From the NCBI GenBank assembly GCA_039028615.1, contig JBCCHT010000025.1, forward strand, positions 96,001-160,000: 64,000 nt of DNA, in the 5' to 3' direction. Source of the stretch: Myxococcota bacterium (GTDB lineage: Bacteria > Myxococcota_A > Polyangia > Nannocystales > Nannocystaceae). The position numbers and the translations under genes were made by a program. This document shows, in pieces, positions 1 through 10,106 of this stretch. Every line of letters starts with the position of its first letter. Within the stretch, counting starts at the first letter, position 1. The notes beneath the pieces were generated by a model that did no database searches, was not told where the DNA came from, and saw nothing but the letters and a program-made list of their open reading frames with translations.

Positions 1-567
1 GGGGACCGAGGCCCCATCCCGCTGGGGGACGACGGCGTCGTGGAGCTGGTGGCGGGTGAGCGCCACACCTGCGCCCGCTTCGAGACCGGCGGCGTTCGCT
101 GCTGGGGCGCCAACGAGTTCGGGCAGCTCGGCTATGGCCACACCGACTCCATCGGTGACGACGAGTGCCCCGCCGTGGCGGGCGACGTCGCCATTGGAGC
201 CCCGATCGTCGCGTTCGACGCTGGTGCGAGGCATACCTGTGCCATCTCGAGCGAGGGCGGCCTGTACTGCTGGGGCGATGGCCTGGACGGGCAACTCGGC
301 TACGGCACCGACGACGACATCGGTGACGACGAGTCGCCGCAAATGGCCGGTAGCCTCGATCTGCAGGGGCACCTCGCGACGTCCGTGTTCATCGGCCCGA
401 CCGCGTCGTCGACCTGTGTGCGGCTCGAGGACGGCCACGTGCGCTGCTGGGGTCTGAACGACCTGGGTCAACTCGGCTATGCCGACACCGAGACGCGGGG
501 AAACACACCTTCGACCACGCCCGGCCGAATTCCCGACGTGGTCGTGGCCGACGACGACGATGACTAG
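1..567 (+). CDS. RCC1-repeat (BLIP-II-like beta-propeller) protein, 5' end outside window
   Basis: Frame open from base 1; repeated AGxxHTC...CWGxNxxGQLG motifs. Confidence 0.9.
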   Translation, partial: GDRGPIPLGDDGVVELVAGERHTCARFETGGVRCWGANEFGQLGYGHTDSIGDDECPAVAGDVAIGAPIVAFDAGARHTCAISSEGGLYCWGDGLDGQLGYGTDDDIGDDESPQMAGSLDLQGHLATSVFIGPTASSTCVRLEDGHVRCWGLNDLGQLGYADTETRGNTPSTTPGRIPDVVVADDDDD

Positions 568-610
568 CCCCTAGCCACCGCAAAGGCACCCGCGCCGCGG
601 CCGAAGGCGT

Positions 611-1240
611 ATGATCCACACCATGGCCAGCGACACCGAGCTGCTCACCGCATGGCGCAACGGTGACGGCACTCATGGCCAGGAACTTTGTCTGCGGTAC
701 ATCGACGCGGTCGCCCGCTTCTTCGCCAACAAGCTCGGCGACCAGACCAACGACCTCGTCCAGGAGACGTTCAAGGCGCTCGTGGAGGGGCGAGACCGGA
801 TCAGCGACGACACTCGCTTCCGCTCCTATCTGTTCGGCATCGCCTACAACGTGCTCAAGCAGCACCTCAAGCGACGCTATCGCGCCCCCGAGGACCTCCA
901 ATCTCGCTCGCTCCAAGACCTCGCGCCGGGCGTCGAGACCATCCTCCGGGGCGCCGAGCAGCTGCGCCTGCTCAAGGCGGCCCTGCGTCGCATCCCGCTG
1001 CAGCACCAAGTCGCGCTCGAGCTGCGTCACTGGGAAGAGCTCTCCAGTGCGGAGATCGGCGAAGTCCTCGGGGTGGCCCCCTCGACCGTCCGTACCAACC
1101 TGGGTCGAGCTCGAACCCTGCTCGAGGCCGAGCTCGAGAAGGAGACGACCCACCTCGAGGCGGTCCAGAGCACCATCTCCAATCTCGACGCGTGGGCCGA
1201 AGAGCTCCGCGACGTCGTGAACCAGGGCAAGGCTTCGTAG
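611..1240 (+). CDS. ECF sigma-70 factor with short C-terminal extension (alternative start 623)
   Basis: SDxELLxAWRxGD, DLVQETF, FRSYLFGIAYN, region-4 EIGEVLGVAPSTVRTNLGRAR. Confidence 0.92.
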   Translation: MIHTMASDTELLTAWRNGDGTHGQELCLRYIDAVARFFANKLGDQTNDLVQETFKALVEGRDRISDDTRFRSYLFGIAYNVLKQHLKRRYRAPEDLQSRSLQDLAPGVETILRGAEQLRLLKAALRRIPLQHQVALELRHWEELSSAEIGEVLGVAPSTVRTNLGRARTLLEAELEKETTHLEAVQSTISNLDAWAEELRDVVNQGKAS

Positions 1241-1246
1241 CGCCCG

Positions 1247-1284
1247 AAAAAACGCGGCCTTCGTCGCCGAAGGCCGCGTCCTTT
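1247..1284. terminator. Bidirectional intrinsic terminator between convergent genes
   Basis: 12-bp stem ACGCGGCCTTCG/CGAAGGCCGCGT (1252-1279), A-run before and CTTT after. Confidence 0.8.
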
Positions 1285-1303
1285 CGTGGGTGCTCCGCCC
1301 GCG

Positions 1304-4300
1304 CTAGCGGTTGAGGCCCAGGTCCTTGCGCAGCTTCAGGTACGGGATGCTGACGCTATAGCCGACCAGGTCGCGGATGCGGTCCTTGAACGGCACCGCC
1401 ATGCCCTCGTCGCCCTGCTGGGTCAGCACGCGCGCGGAGGCGTCGATGCTGTCGCAGAGCACGAAGCCAGCGCGACCGGCCGTGTACGCGACGCCCTGCA
1501 CCCAGCCCTTGAGATCGGGCTCGCCCTTGTCGAGCACCTTGCGGGCGAGGGTCCCGAGCTGATCGACCTGCGCCGGGGTCATGAACTTGCCCAGGTGCTT
1601 GGCGAGGCGCTCGGCCTCGGCGTTGGAGTCGGGCGGCGCCTCCATGCCGGCCAGGACCGCGGCCCCGTAGAACACGTGCCGCAGGCTGACGATGGAGGGC
1701 AGCACGGAGGCGAGGACGTGCCCGGGGCGAACCCGCGAGATGGCGCCCGCGGCCCGGAACTTGAGGCCGACCTCGCTCTGGTCGATGAGGGTGTCACGCC
1801 CGGCGAGCACGGTGGGGAACACCCGCCGCCGATCGCCTTCACCGTCGCACAGGGCGTCGATCCGTAGGCCGCCCGGCTCTTTGCGTCGCGCGAAGTAGTC
1901 GGGCGCGGGCACTTCGTAGATCTGCGCGGCGTAGGCGAGGTAGCGCGCCAGCGGATCCTGCGACTTCATGCTGAGCTTGGCCCGCTGGTCTCGCTCGATG
2001 GAGTGATGGGCGTGGGTGTGCCCCTCGCGAGCGGCGACCATCGGCCACACGATGGAGAAGATCTCGGTGATCCGAGGATCTTGGAGCGGGTGGTACAGGT
2101 TCTTGCGCCACTGCTCGCGGTTGACGACGCTACGGATCTGCGGCTCCTTTTCCGCGACGGCGTCGGCAAGGGCCTGCTCGGCTTCGTTGGCCTGCTTGAG
2201 GAAGGCCAAGGTCCGCGCGACGGAGGTGGCGCGCGTTCGGTTGCCTCGCTTTTCGTACAGCTCGACCAACCGGTGGTAGACGGAAAACTCCATCGGGTCG
2301 TCGTTGATCAGGGCATGCGCCTGCGAGATGGCCTTGTCGACCTCGTCGGAGCCGAGCGAGATCGCCAGGTCCATGATCTTCACGCGGCGCTGGCGGGCCT
2401 GCGGGTCCTTGTCGGAGCCGAAGCGCACCGCCTGCGAGAACGCAGCCAAGGCCGTCTTGGCGTCGCCGAGCTTCTCCTCGTAGACCTCGCCCAAGCGAGC
2501 GAAGAGCTCGACGCGGTCCTTCTTGGGCGCGTCCTTGGGCAGCGACTTGAGCCGGCCGCGGAGGTGCTTGGCCAGCTCCTTCCAGGCGCCCTTCTTCTCG
2601 AGCTGGTCGGCGATGCCGCGGAAGGCCTTGACGTGCATGGGGTCGGCCTCGAGCACGCGGCGAGCCCACGCGACGAAGCCGTCGGAGTCGGCGAGCTGGT
2701 CGCGGAAGATCGCCGCCCCCGCGTAGAGGTACTTGGCCCGCATCGAGTCGGCGTCCTGGGCGTCGACGAGCAAGTCGAGCACCCGGGTGACGTCGCGCCA
2801 GCGACCCGCCTTGGTGAACGCGCTGAGCAGCTCGTGCAGCACGGCGGGATCGGTGGGCCCCATCTCCATGATGACCTCGAGGGTCCGCGCCGCGTCCTCG
2901 GGCGCTTCGAGCTCGGTGGTCTGGATCTGGGCGATCTCCTTGAGCAGGGCGATGCGCTCGTCGTGGACCGCGGCCTGCTCTTCGCCGTCGAGCTTGGCCC
3001 CGCGCTTGGCGAGCAGCTCGGCCAGCCGTTGCTTGGCCTTGACCCGACCGGCCGCGTCCTCGGCCAGCTCGACGAGCTTGTCGATGGCGGCCCGGTTCTC
3101 GCCGTCGATGTCGAGCGAGCGCTCGACCAGCTGCACGGCCTTGGGTCGCTCGCCCATGCCCATGCGCGCGGTGGCCATGAGCAGGTAGGTCTGCGAAAGC
3201 TCGGCCGGGGCGATCTTGTCGGCCCCGCCCAGCACGACGGACTGGTAGCTCTTGAGCGCGTCTTCCCAGCGCTCGGCGTTCATGTCGATCTCACCGAGCA
3301 GGCGTAGGACGTCGAAGTTGGTGGCGTCGGCATTGCGCGCCTTCTCGAGGTACTCGCGCGCGCGGTCGGGCTGCTCGACGGCCAGGGCACAGCGCCCGGC
3401 GACCGACAGCGCGCGCACGTTGAGCGCCTTGTCGTCGCGGGCCTGCGAGCGGACCTGAGCGACCCAGGTCTGCGCGATGGGCCAGGCCCGCACCATGTCG
3501 CCCTCGGCCACGAGGTGGTCGACGAGCATGCCCGTCGCCTCGCGGTGGTCGGGGTCGAACTCGACGAGCTCTTCGAGCAGGGTCAGCCCCTTCTCGGGCT
3601 GGCCCAGGGTCTCGAGATAGACCTTGGCCGCGTCGAAGAGCAGCGAGACCTTCTCGGCCCGGTTGGGGTGAGCCCGACCGGCGGACACCTGGGCGACGAT
3701 GGCCTTGAGCGGCTGGTCCTGCTGCCGGTAGAGGTCACGCAGCGCGAGCCAGGCGTCGTAGAGCGAGGGATCGAGCTCCACCGCCTCTTCGAGCGCCTCG
3801 AGGGCGCCCGCCTGCTTGCCGATCTGCTCGCGCAGCTGGCCACCCCGCCACAGCAGCGCGGCCTTGCGCTTGGGGTCGATGCTGTCGTCGTCGACCTGCT
3901 GGCGAATGAGGGGGCCGGCCTTGTCGAACTGCTCGCGCGCCAGGTAGCGCTCGAGCAGCTGGTCGCGCCAGCGGTGATCCTCGGAGTCCAGGGCGGTCAG
4001 CGCCTCGAGAGCCTCGATGGCGGCGTCCTCGTCGGCGAAGCTGCCCTCCTTGCGCAGGTCGAAGACCTTGCTCCACGCGTCCACGCGCACGGAGGTGTCG
4101 GCGTCCTTGCTGCCGCCGGCCCGCATGAGCAGGGCGCTGAGGTCGTCGAAGCGATCGTCGCGTCGGTACCAGCGCTCGAGGGCCTCTGCCGCCTCGCGCA
4201 CGACCTCGTGCTCGAAGCCGAGCAGCTCCACCACGCGCTCGCGAGCGGTGGCCGCCCGGGGCTTGCCGTCGGGCTCGGCGTCGAGGTGCCGCGCCTGCTC

Positions 4301-6517
4301 GGCCCACAGGGCCGCCTGATCGTCCTTGCGATCGCTCAGCTCGGCCAGCGACTCCAGCGCAGCGATGAGCGCCGTACGACGAGCCGCGTCGCCGTCGGCC
4401 AGCCCCCGCAGGAGCTCGACCTGCATGCGCACCGAGTCGGCATGGGCCGGGTCGACGTCGAGGATCTTCTCGAGCTGCGTGATGGCGGCGGCCGGATCCT
4501 TCAGCTGCTCGGCGGCCAGCGACGCCGCCTCGCTGCGAAGCTCCACGATGGTGGCCGCGTCGTCGGTCGCGCCCGCGCGCTGATCGAGCAGGTCGACCAG
4601 GCTCTCCCAGTCTTCGAGCTCGCGCGCGAAGGTCTCGGCCGACTCCAGCGCCTCGGCGTGCCCGGGCTCCTCTTCGAGCGCGGCCCGCAGGGTGGCGAAG
4701 GCCCCCTCGACGTCGCCGAGGTCGTCGTGCAGCACGGTGGCCGCGTCGCGCAGGCTCTGGGCCTTGTCCGCGCCCTCCTGGTGCTCCGCGAGGTTGAGCA
4801 ACGCGCCCACCAGCTCGGCCACCTGACCCGCCTTGCGATGCAGCGGCACCACGGCGGACAGGGTGGCGGCGTCCGCCTCGATGGCGATGGCCTTCTCGTA
4901 GGCGACGAGAGCTCGATCCGAGGCGCCCAGGTGCTCGGCGTAGGCCTGGCCCAGCGCCGCGTACAGGCGGGCTTGATCGGCGGGCTGCGGCGCCCGCTCG
5001 GCCACGATTTCCATGCTGTCGGCGAGCGGACCCCACTGCCCGGTCACCTCGGCCAGCCGCTGCAGCTCGGCCACCAGGGTGACCTGCTCCGCGACGGGTA
5101 CCTCTTCGATGAGGCTCTGGACCTCGCGCAGCGCACTGCCGGGCGCGCTCAGCTTCTGCTCGTAGGTCTCGACCAGCTCGCGGCGCAGCGCGATGCGATC
5201 GGCCTGAACCTCGACGAGCTTGACCCGCAGGCCCAGCACCTCGGCCACCTGATCCCAGCGTCCGCCCGAGCGGGCGTCGGCCTCGATGCGCGCGATGGCA
5301 TCGAGCGCCTCGCGGTGGGTCGGCTTGCGGTCGAGGATCTGGCCCCAGGCGTCGAGATCGTCGGCGTCGTCGGGAATGATGATCGGCTGCGAGCCCGCGG
5401 CCGCGACCGGCTGGGCCTCGCCCGGAGTGGAGGCGATCTTCTGGGCCCGGGCGGCCACCGCGGCCACGTCGGGGCGCTCGGACGCATCGGGATGCATGGC
5501 CTCGGCGAACAGCTCGTCGAGCCGCGGGTCGAGCTGCATCGTGCTCGGCCGCACCAGGGCACCGACGGCATCGCGGCCGGTCACCAGGCGGTACAACAGA
5601 GCGGCGAGCGAGTAGGTGTCACTTCCCGGCGTGGCCTCGCCGGCCAGGCGCTCCGGGGCGACGTAGCCTCGCGCCACGTCGGCTGGGCTCGGCCCGACCA
5701 GACCGCCCAGACCAAAGCCGCGCAGCACGGGACCGGCGGGCGCCATGCTCACCAGGTCGGGACCCACCGCTCCGTGGCAGACCCCTTGCTCGTGGGCGGC
5801 GGCGAGGCCCTTGCCCAGCGGCTCCACGATCGCCAGCGCGTCCTCGAGGGACTGCGGCGCGTCGGCCAGGCTCTGCGACAGCGGCTTGCCCGGGCTCGCG
5901 TCGCGCGTGACGGCAACCGCGTGGCCCTCGGTCTCGACGGCGCGATAGCCCGCCGCGGCCGGCACGGTGATCGACTCGAGCTTCTTGACCTGCTCGGTCA
6001 GCGCGCTCGCCTCGGCCTCGGACACGCCGCGGCCCAGTCGCTCGACGTCGTGCTCACCATCGTCGGTGCTGGTCGCCAGCACCACGATGCCGCCCGCCCG
6101 CGCCCGAACGGCGCGAAGCTCCGTGCCCTCGGCCACCAACGCCACCGCGGCGTCCAGCTCGGCCGCCGCCTTCAATCCGTCGGCGCAGGCCTCGGCCTCG
6201 CCGCGTGCCCACGAGGCCCACGCCAGGCCCAGGCGCGCCAGGCCGGCCACCGCTTCGCGATTCTCCAGAGCGGCAAAGCAACGCGCCGCCAGCTCGTCGT
6301 GACCGCCATCGACCAAGGCCGTGCCCGCCCGAAGCAGGGTGTCGTCGGATTCTTTGGCGAGCTCGTCGGCGGACAACGCCTCGACTCGCTGCGCGACCAC
6401 GCGGGACGGCACGACGTGCGCTGCATCGGCTCGGCGAGACAGGCCCGCCGTACGCTGCATCAGCTCGGTGCCTTCGGTCTGGTTTTCGTCCTGGGTATCC
6501 TCGGGTGTATCGACCAT
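1304..6517 (-). CDS. Large TPR protein with N-terminal pseudokinase-like domain and AgmK-type C-terminal domain
   Basis: Degenerate kinase motifs (CHGAVGPD, LRGFGLG, YVAPE, SDTYSLA), >1000 aa of TPR-like helices, C-terminal TAGRAGFVLCD...YLKLRKDLGL seen in myxobacterial TPR proteins. Confidence 0.8.
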   Translation of the reverse strand: MVDTPEDTQDENQTEGTELMQRTAGLSRRADAAHVVPSRVVAQRVEALSADELAKESDDTLLRAGTALVDGGHDELAARCFAALENREAVAGLARLGLAWASWARGEAEACADGLKAAAELDAAVALVAEGTELRAVRARAGGIVVLATSTDDGEHDVERLGRGVSEAEASALTEQVKKLESITVPAAAGYRAVETEGHAVAVTRDASPGKPLSQSLADAPQSLEDALAIVEPLGKGLAAAHEQGVCHGAVGPDLVSMAPAGPVLRGFGLGGLVGPSPADVARGYVAPERLAGEATPGSDTYSLAALLYRLVTGRDAVGALVRPSTMQLDPRLDELFAEAMHPDASERPDVAAVAARAQKIASTPGEAQPVAAAGSQPIIIPDDADDLDAWGQILDRKPTHREALDAIARIEADARSGGRWDQVAEVLGLRVKLVEVQADRIALRRELVETYEQKLSAPGSALREVQSLIEEVPVAEQVTLVAELQRLAEVTGQWGPLADSMEIVAERAPQPADQARLYAALGQAYAEHLGASDRALVAYEKAIAIEADAATLSAVVPLHRKAGQVAELVGALLNLAEHQEGADKAQSLRDAATVLHDDLGDVEGAFATLRAALEEEPGHAEALESAETFARELEDWESLVDLLDQRAGATDDAATIVELRSEAASLAAEQLKDPAAAITQLEKILDVDPAHADSVRMQVELLRGLADGDAARRTALIAALESLAELSDRKDDQAALWAEQARHLDAEPDGKPRAATARERVVELLGFEHEVVREAAEALERWYRRDDRFDDLSALLMRAGGSKDADTSVRVDAWSKVFDLRKEGSFADEDAAIEALEALTALDSEDHRWRDQLLERYLAREQFDKAGPLIRQQVDDDSIDPKRKAALLWRGGQLREQIGKQAGALEALEEAVELDPSLYDAWLALRDLYRQQDQPLKAIVAQVSAGRAHPNRAEKVSLLFDAAKVYLETLGQPEKGLTLLEELVEFDPDHREATGMLVDHLVAEGDMVRAWPIAQTWVAQVRSQARDDKALNVRALSVAGRCALAVEQPDRAREYLEKARNADATNFDVLRLLGEIDMNAERWEDALKSYQSVVLGGADKIAPAELSQTYLLMATARMGMGERPKAVQLVERSLDIDGENRAAIDKLVELAEDAAGRVKAKQRLAELLAKRGAKLDGEEQAAVHDERIALLKEIAQIQTTELEAPEDAARTLEVIMEMGPTDPAVLHELLSAFTKAGRWRDVTRVLDLLVDAQDADSMRAKYLYAGAAIFRDQLADSDGFVAWARRVLEADPMHVKAFRGIADQLEKKGAWKELAKHLRGRLKSLPKDAPKKDRVELFARLGEVYEEKLGDAKTALAAFSQAVRFGSDKDPQARQRRVKIMDLAISLGSDEVDKAISQAHALINDDPMEFSVYHRLVELYEKRGNRTRATSVARTLAFLKQANEAEQALADAVAEKEPQIRSVVNREQWRKNLYHPLQDPRITEIFSIVWPMVAAREGHTHAHHSIERDQRAKLSMKSQDPLARYLAYAAQIYEVPAPDYFARRKEPGGLRIDALCDGEGDRRRVFPTVLAGRDTLIDQSEVGLKFRAAGAISRVRPGHVLASVLPSIVSLRHVFYGAAVLAGMEAPPDSNAEAERLAKHLGKFMTPAQVDQLGTLARKVLDKGEPDLKGWVQGVAYTAGRAGFVLCDSIDASARVLTQQGDEGMAVPFKDRIRDLVGYSVSIPYLKLRKDLGLNR

Positions 6518-6644
6518 CGAGCTCGTTTCCAGCTAAATCGAAAAAGGTCTGCGGAGCGCCGCGCACAGTAGTACCTCCACTGCCGGATTTCGATGGGCTG
6601 GGACACCCTGTCGAGGCGAGGAAGGGTGGGTTAAGATCGCGTCG

Positions 6645-7847
6645 ATGAACGACAACGCTTCGGGCGGAACCAACTCGGCCGATGTCGCGGAGATCGAGGC
6701 ACTGCTCCCACGACTACGTGAGATACGCCACGACCTTCATCAGCACCCCGAGCTCGGCTTCGAAGAGCACCGCACTCAAGGCGTCGTTCGTACCTGGCTC
6801 GAGGGCCTCGGCTACACCCCACGCGAGTGTGCGGGCACCGGCCTCGTCGCCGATCTTCATCCCGACCGCAAGGGACCCTGCATCGCGCTGCGAGCCGACC
6901 TCGACTGTCTGCCGATGCAGGAAACCACCGACCTGCCCTACCGGTCGGTGCATGACGGCCGCGCCCACAAGTGCGGCCACGACGGTCACACCTCCATTCT
7001 CATGGGGGTCGCGGCCATGCTCGCCAAGCATCGCGCCGAGGTCGCCGGGAACGTCCGTTTGCTCTTCCAGCCGGCCGAAGAGGGCGTTCGCGGCGGCGGA
7101 GCCAAAGTCATGGTGGCCGAGGGCGCCCTCGATGGCGTCGACGAGGTCTACGGCCTGCACAACTGGCCACCCTTTCCCCTGGGCGACGTCCGGGTCTGCG
7201 GCGGGGCCATCATGGCCCAGACCCGGGAGTTCACCGTCACCATCATCGGCAAGGGCGGACACGGCAGCCAGCCCCAAGACTGCATCGACCCCATCGTGGC
7301 TGGTTCCCATCTGGTGGCCGCCCTGCAGACCGTGGTCAGCCGCGGGGTGGGCAGCGACGGCGGGGCCGTGCTCAGCGTCTGCCGATTCACCGCGGGGCAT
7401 ACTCACAACGTCATCCCCGACCGCGCCCTGCTCGAAGGCACCGTCCGCAACTTCGACGACGCGCTGGGCAAGCGCATCGCGGCGCGCATGAAGGAAGTCA
7501 CCGCGGGCGTGGCCTCGGCCTTCGGCGTGCGCATCGAGCTGTCGATGGACGAAGGGTATCCCGTGCTGGTCAACGACCCCGGCTGTGCCCGAGCCGTGCA
7601 CCGAGTTGCCGAGCAGGTGGTCGGGCCCGAGCGCATCAGCGACGCCGACCTGCCCATCGCGGGCGGCGAGGACTTCGCGTACCTCGCCCAGGCCGTGCCC
7701 GGGGCCTACTTCTTCCTGGGCGCGGGGCTGCCCGCGGGCGACACGCCCGGCTGCCACCACCCCGACTTCGACTTCGACGACCGGCTCATCCCCACGGGGG
7801 TCCGCATCTTCCTGGGGCTCGTCCGCGATCGCCTGGCGACTACGTAG
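6645..7847 (+). CDS. M20D family amidohydrolase (hippurate hydrolase-like)
   Basis: HQHPELGFEE, ALRADLD, HKCGHDGH, FQPAEEG, GKGGH, GGEDF, HHPDFDFD. Confidence 0.95.
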   Translation: MNDNASGGTNSADVAEIEALLPRLREIRHDLHQHPELGFEEHRTQGVVRTWLEGLGYTPRECAGTGLVADLHPDRKGPCIALRADLDCLPMQETTDLPYRSVHDGRAHKCGHDGHTSILMGVAAMLAKHRAEVAGNVRLLFQPAEEGVRGGGAKVMVAEGALDGVDEVYGLHNWPPFPLGDVRVCGGAIMAQTREFTVTIIGKGGHGSQPQDCIDPIVAGSHLVAALQTVVSRGVGSDGGAVLSVCRFTAGHTHNVIPDRALLEGTVRNFDDALGKRIAARMKEVTAGVASAFGVRIELSMDEGYPVLVNDPGCARAVHRVAEQVVGPERISDADLPIAGGEDFAYLAQAVPGAYFFLGAGLPAGDTPGCHHPDFDFDDRLIPTGVRIFLGLVRDRLATT

Positions 7848-7931
7848 ACCTACACCCGGCCGGCTCGCGTCGATTCTCGTGACAACCGGTCGGGGCGGCG
7901 GTGCAATGTCTGTCGCCGTCAACGCCGACCC

Positions 7932-9143
7932 GTGAGCGCCCTCGATTTCCGGACCGTCTACCGACGCTACTACCGCCTCGTCTGGTGGGTAGTGCAGGGC
8001 AGCGGCGTGCCCGAGGCCTGGCGGGAAGACGTGGTCCAGGACGCCTTCGTCGCCATCCACCGCCGCCTGCCCGAGCGCGACCCCGACGATGCCCTGCGCC
8101 CGTGGGTCATCGGCCTGGCCCGCAACGCCGCCTTCACCCACCGCCGCAGCGCCGCTCGCCGCGAGGCTCGCCATGCCGCGGTGCCCACCCCCGACATACC
8201 CACAGCGGTCGACAGCGCCGTGGCCTACCGGCAGGCCTGGGATCAGGTGCACCACTTCCTCGACGGGCTCGACCAGGACCAGCGGGAGGCGTTCGTGCTG
8301 TGCGACCTCGAGGGGCTGCCGCCCGCGGAGGTCGCCAGCACGCTGCGGGTGTCTCGCAACACGGTCTACTCCCGGCTTCGGCTCGCGCGCGGCAAGCTGG
8401 TCGACCACTTCTCCGAGCGACGGCCAGCCCAGCTGCCGGGGTTGCTCCGAGCCGCGCGCACGCAGGGAGGGCCGACGACCGAGCACAAGCGCCGCACCTG
8501 GGCCGCGCTCGCGTTGCAGCTGCCGCTGGCCGAGTCGGTGACCGCCGCGGGCACGGGGATCACGGGAGCCTCGAGCTCGGTGAGCACGGGATTGACCGCA
8601 GTGGCGATGAGCTTGGGGATCTCCGCCGTCGCGGTCGGGGTCATCGCCATCGGAGCGCGGGTGCTGGGCCCGTCGACGCCCACCGAGCGTCCGACCGTGG
8701 CCGAGCGTGCGCCCGATGAGAATGAGCCGCGCCGAAGTGCCCCGACCGAAACGCCGGACGACGCACCGCCACTCGGACCTGCCCCGACCGCAGCTCCACC
8801 CATCGTCGAAGCACCTGCCACCGACACCGCCCCCTCACCGTCCAAGGGCAACCGGGCCAAGCCGACGTCACCCAACACACTCGAAGACGAGGTCGCGCTG
8901 CTGCAGCAGGCCACTCAACGACTGCAAGCCAACGATGCCGTCGGTGCCCTGACGATCCTCGATCGACACGTGAAGCGCTACCCGAGCTCGGACGTGAGCA
9001 ACGAACGCGTCGCCATCCGGGTCCGGGCCCTGTGCGCCAAGGGAGACACCCGCACCGCCGAGAGCGTCGCGGCATCGTTCGTCAGTCGCCACCCCAACAG
9101 CCGACTCGCCGCCTCGCTGAAAGAGCCGTGTCCGAAGCCATGA
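7932..9143 (+). CDS. ECF sigma factor fused to membrane segment, Pro-rich linker and TPR-like domain
   Basis: EDVVQDAF, LRPWVIGLARN, EVASTLRVSRNTVYSRLRLAR; then hydrophobic helix, P/T-rich linker, LEDEVALL...RYP...RALC. Confidence 0.85.
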   Translation: MSALDFRTVYRRYYRLVWWVVQGSGVPEAWREDVVQDAFVAIHRRLPERDPDDALRPWVIGLARNAAFTHRRSAARREARHAAVPTPDIPTAVDSAVAYRQAWDQVHHFLDGLDQDQREAFVLCDLEGLPPAEVASTLRVSRNTVYSRLRLARGKLVDHFSERRPAQLPGLLRAARTQGGPTTEHKRRTWAALALQLPLAESVTAAGTGITGASSSVSTGLTAVAMSLGISAVAVGVIAIGARVLGPSTPTERPTVAERAPDENEPRRSAPTETPDDAPPLGPAPTAAPPIVEAPATDTAPSPSKGNRAKPTSPNTLEDEVALLQQATQRLQANDAVGALTILDRHVKRYPSSDVSNERVAIRVRALCAKGDTRTAESVAASFVSRHPNSRLAASLKEPCPKP

Positions 9144-9155
9144 GCGACGGAGGAG

Positions 9156-9509
9156 TCATTCGCCCGAACCCAGCACCTCGGAGTTGGTCGTCTCGACACG
9201 AAACGGACGACCGCGCTCGTCGGGATTCCAGCCGCCTTCGAGCCCGCGCTCGATGAGCCATTGGATGTGCCGCGGGGTAAAACTCGGATAGTCGTCGGAG
9301 CCACCGCGGTGGCCGGTCGAGTGATCGAGCCACCCGTCGCGGGTCCGTAGCCCGTGCACCTGCAGCACCGCTCCGTCGCCCGGCTCGGCCTGGATGGTCA
9401 GATTGATCCGGTACTCGTCGGTGCCATCGATCTTCGTCGTGGAGAACTGATAGCGATAGCGCCGACCATCGACGGTGATGGGTCGGCTCTTGGCACGGCT
9501 CAAGGTCAT
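9156..9509 (-). CDS. Hypothetical protein (117 aa)
   Basis: Globular-looking ORF (SRPITVDGRRYRY...LEGGWNP) filling the gap between flanking genes. Confidence 0.7.
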   Translation of the reverse strand: MTLSRAKSRPITVDGRRYRYQFSTTKIDGTDEYRINLTIQAEPGDGAVLQVHGLRTRDGWLDHSTGHRGGSDDYPSFTPRHIQWLIERGLEGGWNPDERGRPFRVETTNSEVLGSGE

Positions 9510-9659
9510 GGTGGCGGTATGGAGTGACCGGCCACGATCGTACCAAAGAGTCGATCCGCAGTCGTTTGCGGCCTCGCAGGCACAATTTGGCCGAACCGAA
9601 CAATGCCGCCTCGAATTTCGAGATACCGGAGTCGTTCGCCCGCGGTCACATTGAATCTC

Positions 9660-10106
9660 ATGTCATGGATTTCTCGTTTGTATACGGTGCTCGTCGTGGG
9701 AGGAGTTGCAGCCACCGGCTGTGACCCCGAGCCCAACGACGACGCGGCCGACACCGCCGCGCCGAGCGGTACGACCGGAAGCGATGCGACCGAAGAGCAA
9801 ACTTCGGCGGTCGCGACCAGCGACGCGGCAACGACCGATGCCGCGACCACCGACGCCGACACGGGAGCGGTGACCGGTCCGGGACCGATGGGTACCACCG
9901 ATGCGGCCGAAGACACGGCCAGCGAAGAGTCGGGCCCGACCGGCGAGTCGTCGACCGGCGAGACCATGACCACGATGGGCGACATGTGCTGCCCGGACGA
10001 GTGTTGGATCGAACCGTGCGAGTGCACGGACGGCTCGTGCTGCTGGCTCGAGCCCCACGTCGACGGTTGCTGCGAACCCCCGCAGGAGCCGCCCGATGGA
10101 GGCTGA
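9660..10106 (+). CDS. Small lipoprotein with acidic Thr-rich linker and Cys-rich C-terminal peptide
   Basis: Signal + lipobox ATGC; T/D/A linker; terminal segment with 9 Cys; overlaps next gene by 11 bp. Confidence 0.8.
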   Translation: MSWISRLYTVLVVGGVAATGCDPEPNDDAADTAAPSGTTGSDATEEQTSAVATSDAATTDAATTDADTGAVTGPGPMGTTDAAEDTASEESGPTGESSTGETMTTMGDMCCPDECWIEPCECTDGSCCWLEPHVDGCCEPPQEPPDGG

